Below are positions 25,991 through 40,150 of a stretch of 64,000 nucleotides of DNA, piece after piece. Every line of letters starts with the position of its first letter. The first letter of the stretch is position 1. Made by a program: the position numbers and the translations under genes. The notes under the pieces were generated by a model, which was not told the DNA's origin, did no database searches, and saw only the letters and a list, made by a program, of their open reading frames with translations. Origin of the DNA: Octopus bimaculoides (lineage: Eukaryota); NCBI RefSeq assembly GCF_001194135.2, contig NC_068988.1:25968502-26032501 (forward strand), given 5' to 3'.

Positions 25991-27677
25991 GTGTTGTGTG
26001 TCTAATTGTATAGATACACTTATCTATTTGTATGTATGTATGTATATATGTATGTATGTATATATGTATGTATATATGTATGTATGTATCTATGTATGCA
26101 TTTAACCGGTGTTCTAACGATTCTACCAGCTTGGCACACTAAATTGTGATATCTATATTAATAACAGTAAGATGCAACTGTGCTTAATATGACTCTCAAA
26201 ATGTCCATGGGCCACGAGGCTTGAATACTGCAAACCCAACTGTCCCGGTATTAATTAGAAATTTCGTTATAATTTAGTTGTCAGTCAGGATAACTTGTAT
26301 CATTCGGAAGATGGAACGCCTCACAAATGATTTTCCAACATTGTGCAGCAGCTTGTGAGAGAGTGAAATTCACAATAAGGAAGTCAAAAGGAACTGGCGA
26401 GGTCAGAGGTCTAGAGAAATATTCTTCAATGATATGTAAGATGTCCACAGAGAACCACTGTATACTCTTCATCTAAACCTCTACATATTTTTGGCGTATT
26501 CCTTAAAGTGAGGTTCACTTAAGTATGTTTGCACTACGAATATTTATTCACAGAACTTAAGAATTTCATACGCATGGTGACAAACGCAATTTTTATGATG
26601 CATTAAAGACACTTTTTGTCCAGTAATCATTCTGATTTTGCATAAAAATATATGATCGTTCAAAACCCTTTCGTGTTGTTGAAGCCGGTACTGTTTAAAA
26701 TAAATTAAAGCTTTAAAAATGTATAAATAATCTTCTTGGTCGGATGGTATGAATATTAGAAAATATCACAACTGAGGTACAGTGACACTGGAAAAGCAGG
26801 TTGTTGATATAATTTTTAACAAGCATATTCATCACAAATATTTGGGCCAACGTAAAAATCTGCTTGTTGAATTTGTGAAACAAACGAGTACAGTTCTCTC
26901 TGTAAACAGGGAAATTCTATGCAGTGTTTTAGACACTTTGCTTGTCCCTGCAATTTGAAGTTTAGTTAGAAATAATTCCACAAAAGTACATGCACTCCAA
27001 ATAAGAACAGAAAACTTGGTTGAACAGAGCTGACACAATTTAGGCACGCTGTGCGCCATTTCCTATGCTGTTTAGCACCTCTTTATTTAGTATATTTCTT
27101 GTCTGGAACGCAGTATTAACTATAAATTTTGGATTTGATGGGAACTTTTTCGATATTTAGGTGCTATCATAACTAATATGAAATCTAAACAATTTATCCT
27201 GTTTAAATATTTCGATGAAGAATAATATCCGTTCGCTTATATAAATGGTCGCAGCGGCAAAATATTTTTAGGCTTTAAACGGACATAGTATCAGTGATAA
27301 AACATTATGGCAAATATCTGCAAAATATCAACAAAATAGTTGTTTAGAAAAGGATTATACAAGAATTGTATAAACTAAAACACTACCAAATACATCCACT
27401 AGAAAAATAACAAAACAACAAAATCTACAAAGACTTAATCGATATAAAATTAATGTAATCTGGACAGAAAAGCTCTTGGGAAAATTACTATTCAGAACTC
27501 AATAATATGTTCTTAGCTTAATTATGTTTTGATCTCATTAAATAAATAATATACAAAATATTCATATGACGATAAATTCCGGAAGGATGCCAAACAAAAA
27601 TGGACAATGAGAAAATAATTAATTTCATGATTTCATCTTATTCAAAATTAAATTAACACAATAAATTATGTCTGAAA

Positions 27678-27749
<72 letters not shown>

Positions 27750-27790
27750 GTTGTTGTTGTTGTTGCTGTTGTTGTTATTATTATTATTTT
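27678..27790. repeat. (ATT)n/(GTT)n trinucleotide microsatellite
   Basis: Directly visible. Confidence 0.95.
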
Positions 27791-28926
27791 GTAAACGACG
27801 CTGAAAGTGTGAAAGGTGCAAATATTTGTAGAGATCCTCTAGAGGGTGTGATAAGTGCAGTAAATTGTTTGGTTCAATCAAATAGAGTAATTATAGCATA
27901 TCATCTAAAAAAATTAATCTAGCCAACATTATCTACGAAATATTTACCCAGCTATAATAGTCATGAACTAGCTGGTATTGAAGAGATGCTGAAACTCATC
28001 ATATACGCAGTGTTAAAACGAATACCTACTTGACAAGTTCTTGTTTACAAATGTATTATTGAGATGTGATAGCACGAATACAGATCAGAAAAAACAAGAG
28101 TCGACTATGCACCTGGTCCATCCATAGCTTTTATAAATACCGGATGCATTTAAACAATGAAATGTTTTGGTTTAATTGCCCGCATACAGATAAACATCCA
28201 CACACATACATATGATTCTATAAACAAATACACGCATACATACATATATACATACATACATATATATAGGTATATATACTCATGTATGTGCGTCTCTCTC
28301 TCTCTCTCTCTCTCTCCCTCTCTGTATATATATATATATATATATANNNNNNNNNNNNNNNNNNNNNNNNNNNNNNNNNNNNNNNNNNNNNNNNNNNNNN
28401 NNNNNNNNNNNNNNNNNNNNNNNNNNNNNNNNNNNNNNNNNNNNNNNNNNNNNNNNNNNNNNNNNNNNNNNNNNNNNNNNNNNNNNNNNNNNNNNNNNNN
28501 NNNNNNNNNNNNNNNNNNNNNNNNNNNNNNNNNNNNNNNNNNNNNNNNNNNNNNNNNNNNNNNNNNNNNNNNNNNNNNNNNNNNNNNNNNNNNNNNNNNN
28601 NNNNNNNNNNNNNNNNNNNNNNNNNNNNNNNNNNNNNNNNNNNNNNNNNNNNNNNNNNNNNNNNNNNNNNNNNNNNNNNNNNNNNNNNNNNNNNNNNNNN
28701 NNNNNNNNNNNNNNNNNNNNNNNNNNNNNNNNNNNNNNNNNNNNNNNNNCTCTATTTAACCATGTCACATCGTCTCCAATGAAGGGATATCCCTAATATC
28801 CTAGAAACAGCTGCAAGACTTACAATCTCTTTATAAATGCTCTGAAAATTCCACACAATCTTGACTTTGTTGTCTCATTTTATCTAACACACACATAGAT
28901 AGATATACATATCTATACATAATGCG

Positions 28927-28982
<56 letters not shown>

Positions 28983-29459
28983 TATAGTAGCTTGATATGC
29001 TACAATTCCTTAAAAGAATATACGTGCTCATGTTTTGGGTGCGCGTGTTTGTAGTACGTAATTCCTAAAGGAAATCTTAATATTGTAAATAAAGGGTCAT
29101 ACGTCAGGCTATGCATGATATAATTTTTAAAAATAGCATCTAGATTTCCCCGATTTTAATTTGTTTAAGCCGGCTCCTATAGTTGTTATGGGTACCAGGC
29201 CTCTCATGTCATGCGATTTGATTCTACTGGAAGAGTCCGGTCACCGTATGAGAATCATTTTGTACTAGATATGTTACAGGTACATATGAAACAAGTCATG
29301 TAATTATGACGTTAGTGAGATGTAGTAATCGAAATTTCATTAGGGTTAAATTGAAAACCCAAAGCTCAGGTGGTAAATGGTTGTTATGGCTAATTGATTT
29401 GAGGAAAGCTCATTTCATAGATCAACCTATTTACATATTACAACATTATTTCCATTACA

Positions 29460-29640
29460 TAAGGCGGTGAACTGGCAGAGTTTATACTTACCCGGGCATT
29501 TCTTTTGACTTTACGATCTGAGTTCAAATTCCGTCGAGGAAAACTTTGCCTTTCATCATTTTAAAATCGATAAAATAACTACCAGTCCATGTAATCAACT
29601 TACGCCCTTTTCAAACATGCTCGTGCAAAAATTCGATATT
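29460..29640 (+). mobile_element. SINE family B, degenerate
   Basis: GGCGGTGAACTGGCAGAG head, TGAGTTCAAATTCCGTCGAGG and CTTTGCCTTTCATC. Confidence 0.8.
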
Positions 29641-30289
29641 ATTTCCATCTCATGTAGGCAAATGAGATCTGAAGCAGCCGCACAAATATCGTGATTCAGT
29701 AGTGAAATAGGCCTTTAATAATCTCATGTGGATCTGAAGTGAAGCGAGATATTTCCTAATGGAGTTCTGGTTAAACGAGAATGGATCGACAATCCTTGTT
29801 CAGGTGCTTGACACGGAGATGCAGAACGATAACAATGACAACTTCAGTGTCTTAGAGTTGAATCACGCAGCGTTTTTTTTTTCCGGCATATATTGATTTC
29901 CAACTTTCATATAGCGATGGGTTTGGAACATCTATAGAAAACTAATATCATGAAAAGAAGCGACATTTAGACAAATCAAACAACGAATTCCACTAACGCC
30001 AAGAGATGAAATGTGAATTCAACACTGGAACAATTGGAATTCAGAAAACGTGCTGCAATGAGCTAAAATACATCTACATAATACTGCCATTGCTGCCTTG
30101 CATGTTACGATATTATAGAGGTAGGTCAAGGAAGAGTTAGAGAAAAAGAATGAGAGAGTGTTGTTTGCCGAAGGGGAATGTAGGAACAGTGAATGATTGA
30201 GCAGTGGAGCCGATGTAATTTACTTACTCCTCCCAAAAATGCTGGCCATGTGTGAAAATCTGAAACCAATGTTAATGTCTACATCAAGC

Positions 30290-30530
30290 AGCGAGCTGGC
30301 AGAATCGTTTGCATGCCGGACATTTCATTCGTCTTTATGTTCAGATAATATTATTTGCTTAGCGGCAATTTGTCATTCTTTACGTTCTGGTTACAAATTC
30401 CATCGTGGTCGACTTTGCTTTTATCGTTTTGGCGGGGTTGGTAAAATAAGCACCAGTTGAACTCTGGAGTCAATATAATCGACTTACCCTTCCCCCGAAA
30501 TTGGTAGAAATTGTAGAAATTTCAAATCAA
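30290..30530 (+). mobile_element. SINE family B, degenerate
   Basis: GCGAGCTGGCAGAATCG head, GGTCGACTTTGC and AATAAGCACCAGTTG. Confidence 0.8.
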
Positions 30531-31641
30531 TATTAAAATATATGAGCAATTTGCATCTCTTAAAAGGTAGACAATACTTCAAACGAAAATCATTCTTTCA
30601 TGTAATGCATATCATTATTAACATTGTACCTATAGCTATTGTTAACACACCTGATATTATTTATATCAGATTCTATCTAAAGTACGAATTATGATATTTT
30701 TCAAGTATGACTTACGTCATCATTCCTCTATATCTATGCAAACAATTTTATTTTCGAAACTCTATTGCGAAGAAATTTCTGAACATAATTACGTACTACA
30801 TTTTCAGCGCTTAAGATTTTTTGCTTAAATCTTTATGAAGTATTTAGTTGATGTATCACTATCGTATATGTTTAAGTTTGGCGATGTTCTCGAAATCAAT
30901 AATAAAATACAAAACCATATTATGTATCTTCGTATAAGTGTTATGTTTATTAGTATTCGCCAACGTATTTCAATTTACAATAATAATTGCTTTTGACATT
31001 TTAAGCAATTCCGTCCACTCTAAGATATCGTTTATATGGTAAATAGTTAGTCCCAAGAGATAAACACTTATTTCTCAATGAGGATGTTTGTGTTAAAGCG
31101 TTCAGTAGATTTCTCTTTCGTTTTTTTTTTTTTGTGTGTGTATGTGTTTTGACGCCTAATTACTACAGCGCTGTTTTGCGGCCGATAAACACCTCATTCT
31201 CTGCCAAACGAATCATCACGTTTATAAATGTCTACGATGAAATAGATTTTCTAAAAAGGAACTGAGAAAGAAAAAAATACAGCAATATAGAGAGACAAAG
31301 AAAAATAAGAAGAGAGAACATTAAGAAAAATATTTGAATAACTTCTTCGAAATGTTCTCTTTCTGCTTCAATATCTTAGTTTTTTTTTTTATTTTAGTCA
31401 TAGAATTTCATATATATAAAAGCCGACTGGAAGACTATTATATTTGAAAATATAGAAACATCCCTTGGCAATAAGAACAGTGGAAATAATCCCAACTACA
31501 TTGACATATTACAGACTAGACACATATATACAAAACACATAAGATCACATGCATATATGCAAAAACACAATACTATGCCACACGCAAATACTCATACATA
31601 CATTCACAAAATAAGAAATATATATATACTGNNNNNNNNNN

Positions 31642-31682
<41 letters not shown>

Positions 31683-32834
31683 TTGCATGAATTTATATAT
31701 ACATACATGCGCGCAACACTCATATACATATACATATACATACAATTATATATATATACACGTTGTGTGAATAAACACGGAAGAACCTACACAAAAGTAT
31801 GCGGTAGCTAGCTTTCTGTATTTATTAAACATATTCCCTTTGGAATTTTGATTTGAAATATGTCTTTTCTACAGAACATCTAAATGCCAAGACATACATT
31901 AACAAGACAGCACGAAAGCCACAGAAGGATTGTAATTCTGACTTTCTAAATTGCATAGCTAGTCCTCTCAAGAATTACCGTAATTTATGCTGTATATTAT
32001 TGTAAGATTTTAATGGTTTTTTATCATTGCACGGCTGTTATGCTCGCTCACGCCCTGCAGAAAATTTCTCCATTATATCTAACTTTGTTCTTTGATAATA
32101 TATTCCTCTAGTCGGCCGTATAACTGGGAAAGACAAAGTTAACCTTCTCAGAACAGAACTAGATTGTGGAAGAGCAAAACTCCAAAAACTAGTTTAGAGA
32201 GATGGACCATTTTTTTCGATCACAAGTCAAGTTACACATTTAATCACTATAGATTTCCCGACAATTTCTTCTGGTGAATTTCTCTCACCAATGATTTAAA
32301 AGAAGGTACTTTGTCAATGTATTATGCATATATAACTTGAATTTCTAACCTTTGTAATGATGGCTGAATTTGCAACAAAGAACTGCTTCGTACATAAGTT
32401 GAGAATTTATTGGATTAAATACATAGAAAATGTCTATGTTTTTGGATGGATAACTAGTTAAGGTTTTTTTGATGATTCTCTATTAAGTAATATACTTTCG
32501 CCCTCATGTTTATTCTACTGCTATTTTTGTAATTACCTCCCTGGGTAGATATAGTGTATTAAGGAAAGCAACTAAGAATAGCATTGAGATAATGCGAGAG
32601 TGAGAAATACTGATATGGAAAAAGGGGACAAGATTGAGGTAGAGGAGATAGACGTGTGTTACAGTTATTCTGGTGGTCACGGTTGTGCCCCAGCCAATAT
32701 GTATATATATTTACTGTCACACCTAGAATACTTCTTCCACCTTTGTCTACCCATGAAAAGAAACAAAATGGGAATAGACTTACCCCACACTGCATTCGCT
32801 AAAACAATTAAGTGCATGACTGATCATGGTTATT

Positions 32835-33290
32835 GAGACTGCATTGAAACATTTAAACGTCATTCCCTCCAGCGCCGTCGTGGCCACTACATCATTTGCA
32901 CAATGTGGAGAATAAACCACCATCAAACGATTTTAATATTAGATTCAGAATTCTCCCAAGGCTAGGCACACGTGGCATATATCTCGTACACAATACAGCA
33001 TCACAATACATAAATACACAGCAACAAAACTTCTTTTCATCAACAGGCCTTGCTCTATTTAACATTGTCCCAAAACAAATCAAAGGAGAAAAACGCCCCA
33101 TCAACCTGAAACGAAATATGGACTCATTTTTCAAGAGATGGCAAATAAATAACCAATACAACACCTCTCTACTTGAATGAGCCATGATACCACACAATGT
33201 CATTAGAAATGGCTTTGTAAATTCTAATTAGGTGGAGCCATTAAGCTAGACATCGGCTCAGCCAATGTTTGGCCGAAACATACGTAACTT
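32835..33290 (+). mobile_element. CR1-like LINE 3' fragment
   Basis: Reads LKHLNV.SLQRRR, then NDFNIRFRILPRLG, then FSSTGLALFNIVPKQIK..K.PINLKRNMDSF. This resembles the CR1-like C-terminus (SL.RRRERY...GP.LFN.LP..I....FK..LD.FL). Confidence 0.8.
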
Positions 33291-34710
33291 TTCTAAGTTA
33301 CACACACGCACATACACACACATACCGCACGTACAGGTGCATACACACACATATGTATATACAGAGAAAGAGAGATAGATGCAGACATATATATATGTGT
33401 GCGTGGCAGTTGGATACACACATGTGACAGAATTTAAACGTCACAGCAACATACTTTCTACAAATTCCATAAAACATGCAAAGTAGTAATTTAAAACGTT
33501 ATGTTTAGTATATTTAACAAACTTTATGCTAGATATCACATCACTGCCTAATGCATGACTTTTCATAACATATGCTGGGAACTTATCGCTAATTTTCATA
33601 GAGTAATCTTTCTAAATTTTACTATTAATTAGCAACATGATTTCTCTTGTACTGGAATGTGATGTTTCTGAGCGGAGCATGCGGTAATAAGGCGCCATTT
33701 AAAATACCTTCGAGGAATTTAAAATACCTTTGAAATGTTGCTAAAACGATCACGAGATCAAGACATAATGGGTTTTCATTAAAAGTGTTTTAAAAGCTAT
33801 CAATTCCTTACACATTAGATTCGCTTTTATGAGGTAAAAATTCCAAAATATTCATACTTTTCTAGCGATTCTAGTTGAAATTTTAAAAAATATATAAAAT
33901 TTTGATTAGGTGCAAAAAGGATAGGGAACCATAGATGTAGTGGTTGGGGTTTGTGCAATAAGGCGAATTTGAGGGGGAATTAAGATCGAATGAAATATTA
34001 ATAAAATATTAGTTTCGAAAAGATATTAAACAAATTGTGACTTTATTTTGAAGATGTACAATGATTTCTGAAAACGTTCACAAGTTCTAAATAGAAATAT
34101 TGTTTCCCACCAAAAGAAAATAAGCAAACGGCAGCAAACTTCTGAAAACTTATGTTTTTCAGCGAAAACTAATCCATTTTTTTTTTTTATTTCAACTAAG
34201 AATCAGTTACGTACTGCTTTCGGTATCAAGTAACATGTTACTTTAATATCATTTCTTTGTCTGGCTTTCTTTTAGAAACGTGTGTAAGGTAGTTAACTTC
34301 ACTAAAATTATTCCTTTGAATTGACTTCAAAAATGAACGGCTTAGAGTAGTTAACACACGAAATACAACTAACAACAGCAGCTAACTTCAAACTTCAAAG
34401 TAAACAAATTTCTTATGACTACAAAGAGTAAAATTGTGAATAAATACCACAAAATCTAAATATATCTATCAAATAATAAGCGTATAGCATTTACTAGATA
34501 TTCGATACGGAGTTTATGATATTTAAAAGGTATCCGCTTGCTTTATTCGGCGACTACAAAAAATATGTTTTAGTCGTCTGCCAGCAAACGAATTACAACT
34601 ACTGATCCTTTACACATATAAATATAGATAAATGTTCATTTATGCACGTACATATATATCGATATCTATACATATGTAGCTATCTATCTTTCCATTGTAT
34701 CTATCACTTG

Positions 34711-34711
<1 letters not shown>

Positions 34712-34785
<74 letters not shown>

Positions 34786-34794
34786 CGCGCGTGT
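34712..34794. repeat. (TG)n-(CG)n alternating purine-pyrimidine tract
   Basis: About 80 bp of uninterrupted alternation, including a (CG)n run. Confidence 0.95.
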
Positions 34795-35999
34795 TTGTAA
34801 GAGAGAGAGAGAGAGAATGTATGTGTAAGTGTGCCTGTGTCTAAATATGATGTATTATTGAGAGATATGTACACATGTGCATACATATTTGCTTATATGC
34901 GTCAATACGTGTATGAATGTGTGAATGTGAGTGCTTGTGTACGAAGGAATCGCAGATACCTAGAAAGGGAAAGGAAGTGAGAGAACACAGAAAACTGTTT
35001 CTCGGTTAGTCAGTGCTTCGTTTATCGCATTTATATTCGGTCAGCAATTGATACCCACAACAGAGTAACACAATATGATAAGTTACCTTCTTTTTGCTAT
35101 AATATTTTGTTTTGCAGTTGTGTAAATTAACACCGCATAAATTCCTATGTATGCGGCATAGCTCCTAACACCTGTTTACATCAGAATTCTCTGTGGCAAT
35201 TCGTTATCAAAACGTTAACATACTTGTGCGTGTGTATTTGAACGAAGAGATAACATGAAGGAGGTTAATGCCCTGCTGGTTTCATATTTTGGAATTTTAC
35301 ATAGATTATACTTCACAATGTTGCATTAGTGAAATGATTTCATAACCTTGCCGTAAATACATGGATTATATTTCTCACTCCTTTGTATGTACCGTGAAAG
35401 ATACTCGGCTTCCCCAGTAGAGCAATTACTATATGTCTCGGGAAGTAAAACGGCATTAAAATACAGCACTCCATTTATATTCGTTGAGAGGAAATTGATT
35501 CTGTGTCAATTTACCTTCAGATCACGTATTTTACATTACCTCCTATTTATTGAATCTCAAGATGCAGGGTAATTATGAATAGTTATTGAAACGATGCCAG
35601 TCTTATTGACAACTTAATTGTATAGATCTATTTCAGAAGTGACCGTTGGATTTAACGTTTACCCAAGTAATTAAAGCAAACCAAGATACAATGATTTGAC
35701 TTTCTTTGGCTGGGAAATGGAACTATCTACACACAACGATTTCTCTTGAATTCAAAAATCTATTCAATTTATAGATTAAAAAATATATTATTTGGATAGA
35801 ACCGTCATCTGTTATCAGGGAGGTGTGTGAAAATAATTCACAATATTGGCAAAAAGTTCGATTTATTGTAAAAGGAACGATTTTTCACATACGTTTCAGT
35901 TTTGAGAAAAATTTACGAATCCAGTACCAAGAACCAATGTGGTAATTTTAGGTAAGTTTCTTTATTGCTTGTTATGGGGAAAGTTTTACCACGTTGTGT

Positions 36000-36735
36000 T
36001 TTTAAAAGAGCGTAATAGGCTTATAGAGCATAGTGCTGTATCAGAGTCAAAATGCAGTTTTTGTGCAGTTACGGGTACTGGTGATATGGTCGTTACATTC
36101 AGACAACTGCAAGAAAAATGTCTCAAACAGAACTCCTACCATTGTTTTGACGATCTCAGTAAAACATTCGACACTGTTGATAGGAATGTGTAATGACTGT
36201 TTTTGTCTCAGTTTGATGCACTCAACAATGGTGTGAACGTATTGAAAGCTCTTGATAAAGGCATGGAAGCTAGATAAGAAGTCAGGAGCCCACTCTTTTT
36301 GCAGTGGAGATTGTTGTGATTCAAGGAGACTTTCATATACCTACACGATTTGCAAAATATATTACTGTCATGCTCTATCATGCTCTCCGAGACAGAAATA
36401 AGGGAATATATGTAAGAGATCGTACAACATGAAGTGTCTCTAATGTACCAAGGAGGAAATTTAAGACCAAAGTATGCACCTTAGTAATAAGAGACCAACT
36501 GTGAGATGATATCTGTGAAAGTGTTAGTTATTTGGAGCACGGATTACAATCATAGATTTCTTAATTTTATTTTGTAACATCTTTGGTTTGACTATAAATT
36601 TAATGAAAAGATTGGTTTTACCTCAAGTTCAAGCTGTGCAGTAAACTGAAATAAATGTGAAAGACAACCTTCTTAAAGCTGTTGAATCCATCATATACCT
36701 AGATATTACAGTGACTATAGTTGAAACATTAAAGC
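36000..36735 (+). mobile_element. RTE (BovB-like) LINE reverse transcriptase fragment with internal deletions
   Basis: Reads ESKCSFC...TGDMVVTFRQLQEKC...FDDLSKTFDTV (like ESQCGFR...RQLQEKC...DLTKAFD). Later TKV...IRDQL*DD and NLLKAVESIIYL. Confidence 0.85.
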
Positions 36736-37275
36736 TATGTCTTACATGTTTTATTGTTGCATATACGTATATGCCGCGGCTAACTGGATTTCGCACACAT
36801 GAGCATGATACACACATATACAATATCACATATGTTTTTACGAAATTCATTCTCATAACCTACATTTACAAATGTGTACGCAAAGAAACTTCTCCAGTTT
36901 TGAGACAACCACTCCTAGGTAAAGAAACAGTGATAAGAATAATATCAAGTTATAAAAATAACAAAATTTCAAAANNNNNNNNNNAGGTAAAGAAACAGTG
37001 ATAAGAATAATATCAAGTTATAAAAATAACAAAATTTCAAAAAAAAAAAAAATGAAATTATTTTAAGAAACATCGGGTAAAAATTATTAAAGTACACGTT
37101 TAGATATGCAAGGAAAAACAAAATGAAGGATAAAGGAGACGGCAAAAAAACGATTATCGATATAAGCGTGAGGAAGATGGGGAACATTGACAAATAAATA
37201 ATTCTGTTCCAGTATATATATGAGTATGAATATAAGAATGTGTGCATATATGTATATATGTACACGAAAAAGCAT

Positions 37276-37312
<37 letters not shown>

Positions 37313-37620
37313 GAGAGAGAGAGAGAGAGACAGAGAGACAGAGATAGAGAGACAGAGAGAGAGAGAGAGAGAATGAAGAAATGGGATTAAAAATCCTGGC
37401 AGATATCAGTAAATATATGTAGAATACAAATCTCCTGTAAATTTTCAGGTATGGCAGGTAAATCCAAGAATCCTGAAGCAGAATTTAAGAAATTCAGTGT
37501 ATTAACAACAATCAATAATATATAGGAAGAACATCATAAGTTTATTTTAGATGACACCTTCAAAATCCAGCAATTGTTTCAGTTAACATATACATACACA
37601 CACGAACACACACACACTAG

Positions 37621-37662
<42 letters not shown>

Positions 37663-37700
37663 CACGCACACACACGCACACACACACACACATATATATA

Positions 37701-37845
37701 CAGGGTTATTCAAAACGAATGAACCGATTTTATTACGCAATATTTTAGTAAGGAAAAGCAATAGAAAACTCCTGCTAAGTCTCACGTGTTTGCTCATAAT
37801 CAACTTTTATTTCCTGTGTTACAAGTGTTCAATGTGGCCACCACA
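37701..37845 (+). mobile_element. Tc1/mariner-type terminal fragment
   Basis: TA|CAGGGTTATTCAAAACGAATGAACCGATTT start, like TA-flanked CAGGG termini. It is interrupted by a SINE and no partner TIR was found. Confidence 0.5.
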
Positions 37846-37849
37846 TTGA

Positions 37850-38230
37850 AATTTGGGGGGAAGGGGCTGGTGGATTAGATCGACCCCAGTACACAACTAG
37901 TACTTAATTCATCGACCCCAAATGGATGACAGGCAAAGTCGACGTCACTGGAATTTGAACTCAGAACGTTGCGGCAGACGAAATACCGCTAAGCATTTCG
38001 CCCGGTGTGCTAACGATTATTTTCTACTCTATGACAAGGCCCGAAATTTTTAGGGAGGGGACTCGTAGATTACATCGACCCCAGTACGGAACTGGTACTT
38101 AATTTCTCGTCTCCGAAAGGATAAAAGGCAAAGTCGACCTCGGCGGCTTTTGAACTCAGATAGTAAAGACAGACAAAATACCGCTAAGCATTTCGCCCGG
38201 CGTGCTAACGTTTCTGCCAGCTCGCCGACT
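37850..38230 (-). mobile_element. Two tandem SINE family B copies (37850-38015 and 38020-38230)
   Basis: Two repeats of GATCGACCCCAGTAC...GGCAAAGTCGAC...TTTGAACTCAGA...AATACCGCTAAGCATTTCGCCCGG. Confidence 0.9.
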
Positions 38231-38639
38231 TATTTATCTACTAATAATGATGACATCACTGAATATCTAAAGAACAAAAACTGCAGACACGATTATACGT
38301 TATGCTTAATGGATAACTAAACAATAAAAACTGCAGATAATAATACTACGTAACGCTTAATAGAAACCAGTATACTTTACGTCGCAATAATTAATTACAA
38401 TAATGCCTTCTCTAGGAATTAACATTAATATTTGATAATTGAAATAATATTGTAATTAATAATAATATATACAATTATTGATAACTACGGAAGATACCTA
38501 AATAATAAAGATAACGGATAAGATAATCAAATACCTATATATATATATATATATATATATATGTTTATATGTATGCATTTATGTATACCCCTTTATATGA
38601 ATTAAGATTATGTTATAATAATAGAACATTTACTATAAT

Positions 38640-39060
38640 TAAGGGATGGGTAACAGTAGAAATTCTTATAAGTATCAGGGCAATTTACAAGTAATAAGTT
38701 CATGTGTAATACTTGATGCCCTTTAAGAAATCAGTGTTTAAAGAATATTGTATATCATTGTGAAGTAACAACTAGACATCGTAAATATTGGTATACTTGT
38801 TCTTCTGTTACTAACTGAAAATGTTGATGTTATAATCATTCTAAATCCTTTAGATATAAAAGAAAATGTAATTCCACTAATCTTAGTAAGTACATTAAGA
38901 ATTTAAAGGATAAGGAAATTAAATATGATTTAAAGTTCAATTTCTAGTTATGCACCATCGTACAATATTGGAAATTCTACTTCTGAACTTTGCCTCGAAA
39001 AATTGCATTTCATAATTACTTCTAAATTAATTTTATTGAACTTTAATGGGTATTTAAGTT
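38640..39060 (+). mobile_element. Penelope-like element GIY-YIG endonuclease domain (pseudogenised)
   Basis: In frame from 38717: CPLRNQCLKNIVYHCEVTT...CYNHSKSFRYKRKCNSTNLSKYIKNLKDKEIKYDLKF, then LCLEKLHFII. This matches the PLE endonuclease pattern CPL..CL..NIVY...YNH..SF...NST.LSKYI..LK...LCL.EK. Confidence 0.85.
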
Positions 39061-39427
39061 TAAGATGTGAAGATGATCTTTAGAAGGATATTTGGATTAT
39101 TAATTATAATAATCTTTTAATAAATTATTTATTATATAATATGTTTAATTTTTATTAAAGTGCTTAATGTAGTAATTTATTATAGCGATATAAATTATAG
39201 AAGTTTCGATTGAGTATAATCTAGAAATCTTATCTATAATTTTTATTCTCTAATTATCCACTGAAATCATTAAGATTTGTATTTATTATTAACTGTAGTA
39301 AATTTTCTATTATTACCAAACAATCGTAATTCATAGAAAAGGATTTAATATAAGCATCAAAAGGTATTTGATTATTTTATCTGTTATATTTATTCTTTAG
39401 TTATCCAGCGCAGGCATCAGTAATTGT

Positions 39428-40150
39428 ATCTTTTATCTTTTATTTTTCATGGATCTCAGGCAGAGCTTGACGCCATTCTGGTACACTGCCTTTACTGCAT
39501 CCGAGGATTTTTCCAGTATTGCTTCTGGTGAAGTAGCGAGTTGGACGTTGCCGCTCTTCATTGTGCCTCCTGCCTCGATATGGATTCATCCGGTATTGCA
39601 GATAAAACAAAAAAACTGTCTAAACGGTTTTTGAAGACTTCCATGTCTACACGTTCCATGTCTACACCTTCCATGTCTACACCTTCCATGTCTACACCTT
39701 CCANNNNNNNNNNTGTCTACACCTTCCATGTCTACACCTTCCATGTCTACACCTTCCATGTCTTCACTGATGTTCTTTGGTAGGGCATTGAAAAGTTGTG
39801 GTCCTTCAATTCCAAGCTATTGCAATATTGGGTTCGTGCCGTCGATGGAGAAGATGGGACCTTTGGTACTGTGCAGTGCTATACAGAATTTGCACCGTTG
39901 CCATGTGGATACCTATGTCATGCACTGACTCTAACTCTGGGACTACCTTGTATGTAGGTGCCGTGTTCTTTAGCTGAAGATTGTTTGTGGGCTGATAGCA
40001 GGAGTGCTTGAATTCTTGCGCATTTGAACTGCCCATTATTCTCTTCAGCCCATTTATATATTGCGTTCAGGTCAATCTGCAGTCTTAGGATATCAGTAGT
40101 GTCTGAGACCGCCTGTGATACTTTTGCATCATTGGCGTAGTTGGAGAGTG
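39428..40150 (-). mobile_element. CR1-like LINE 3' fragment with an intact 3' tail
   Basis: Reads YANDAKV...LQIDLNAIYKWAEENNGQF (like FADDTK...LQ.DL..IY.WA..NNM.FN), then GPQLFNALPKNISE...VFKNRLDSF...IPDES. It ends in an (ATAAAAG)n tail. Confidence 0.9.
39639..39766. repeat. 15-bp minisatellite (TTCCATGTCTACACC)n inside the CR1-like ORF
   Basis: At least 7 units are visible and the array spans a 10-N gap. It encodes (MEGVD)n on the LINE strand. Confidence 0.9.

Noticed and set aside
26290-26420. Possible short RTE RT remnant (HSED...AACE..FTIRK)
   Set aside because: The match is too short and degenerate to report as a feature.
36915-37040. Perfect ~58-bp direct repeat flanking a 10-N gap
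   Set aside because: Most likely a contig-overlap artefact at a scaffold join.
38270-38375. 50-bp imperfect tandem duplication
   Set aside because: Ordinary local duplication in AT-rich, probably transposon-derived DNA.
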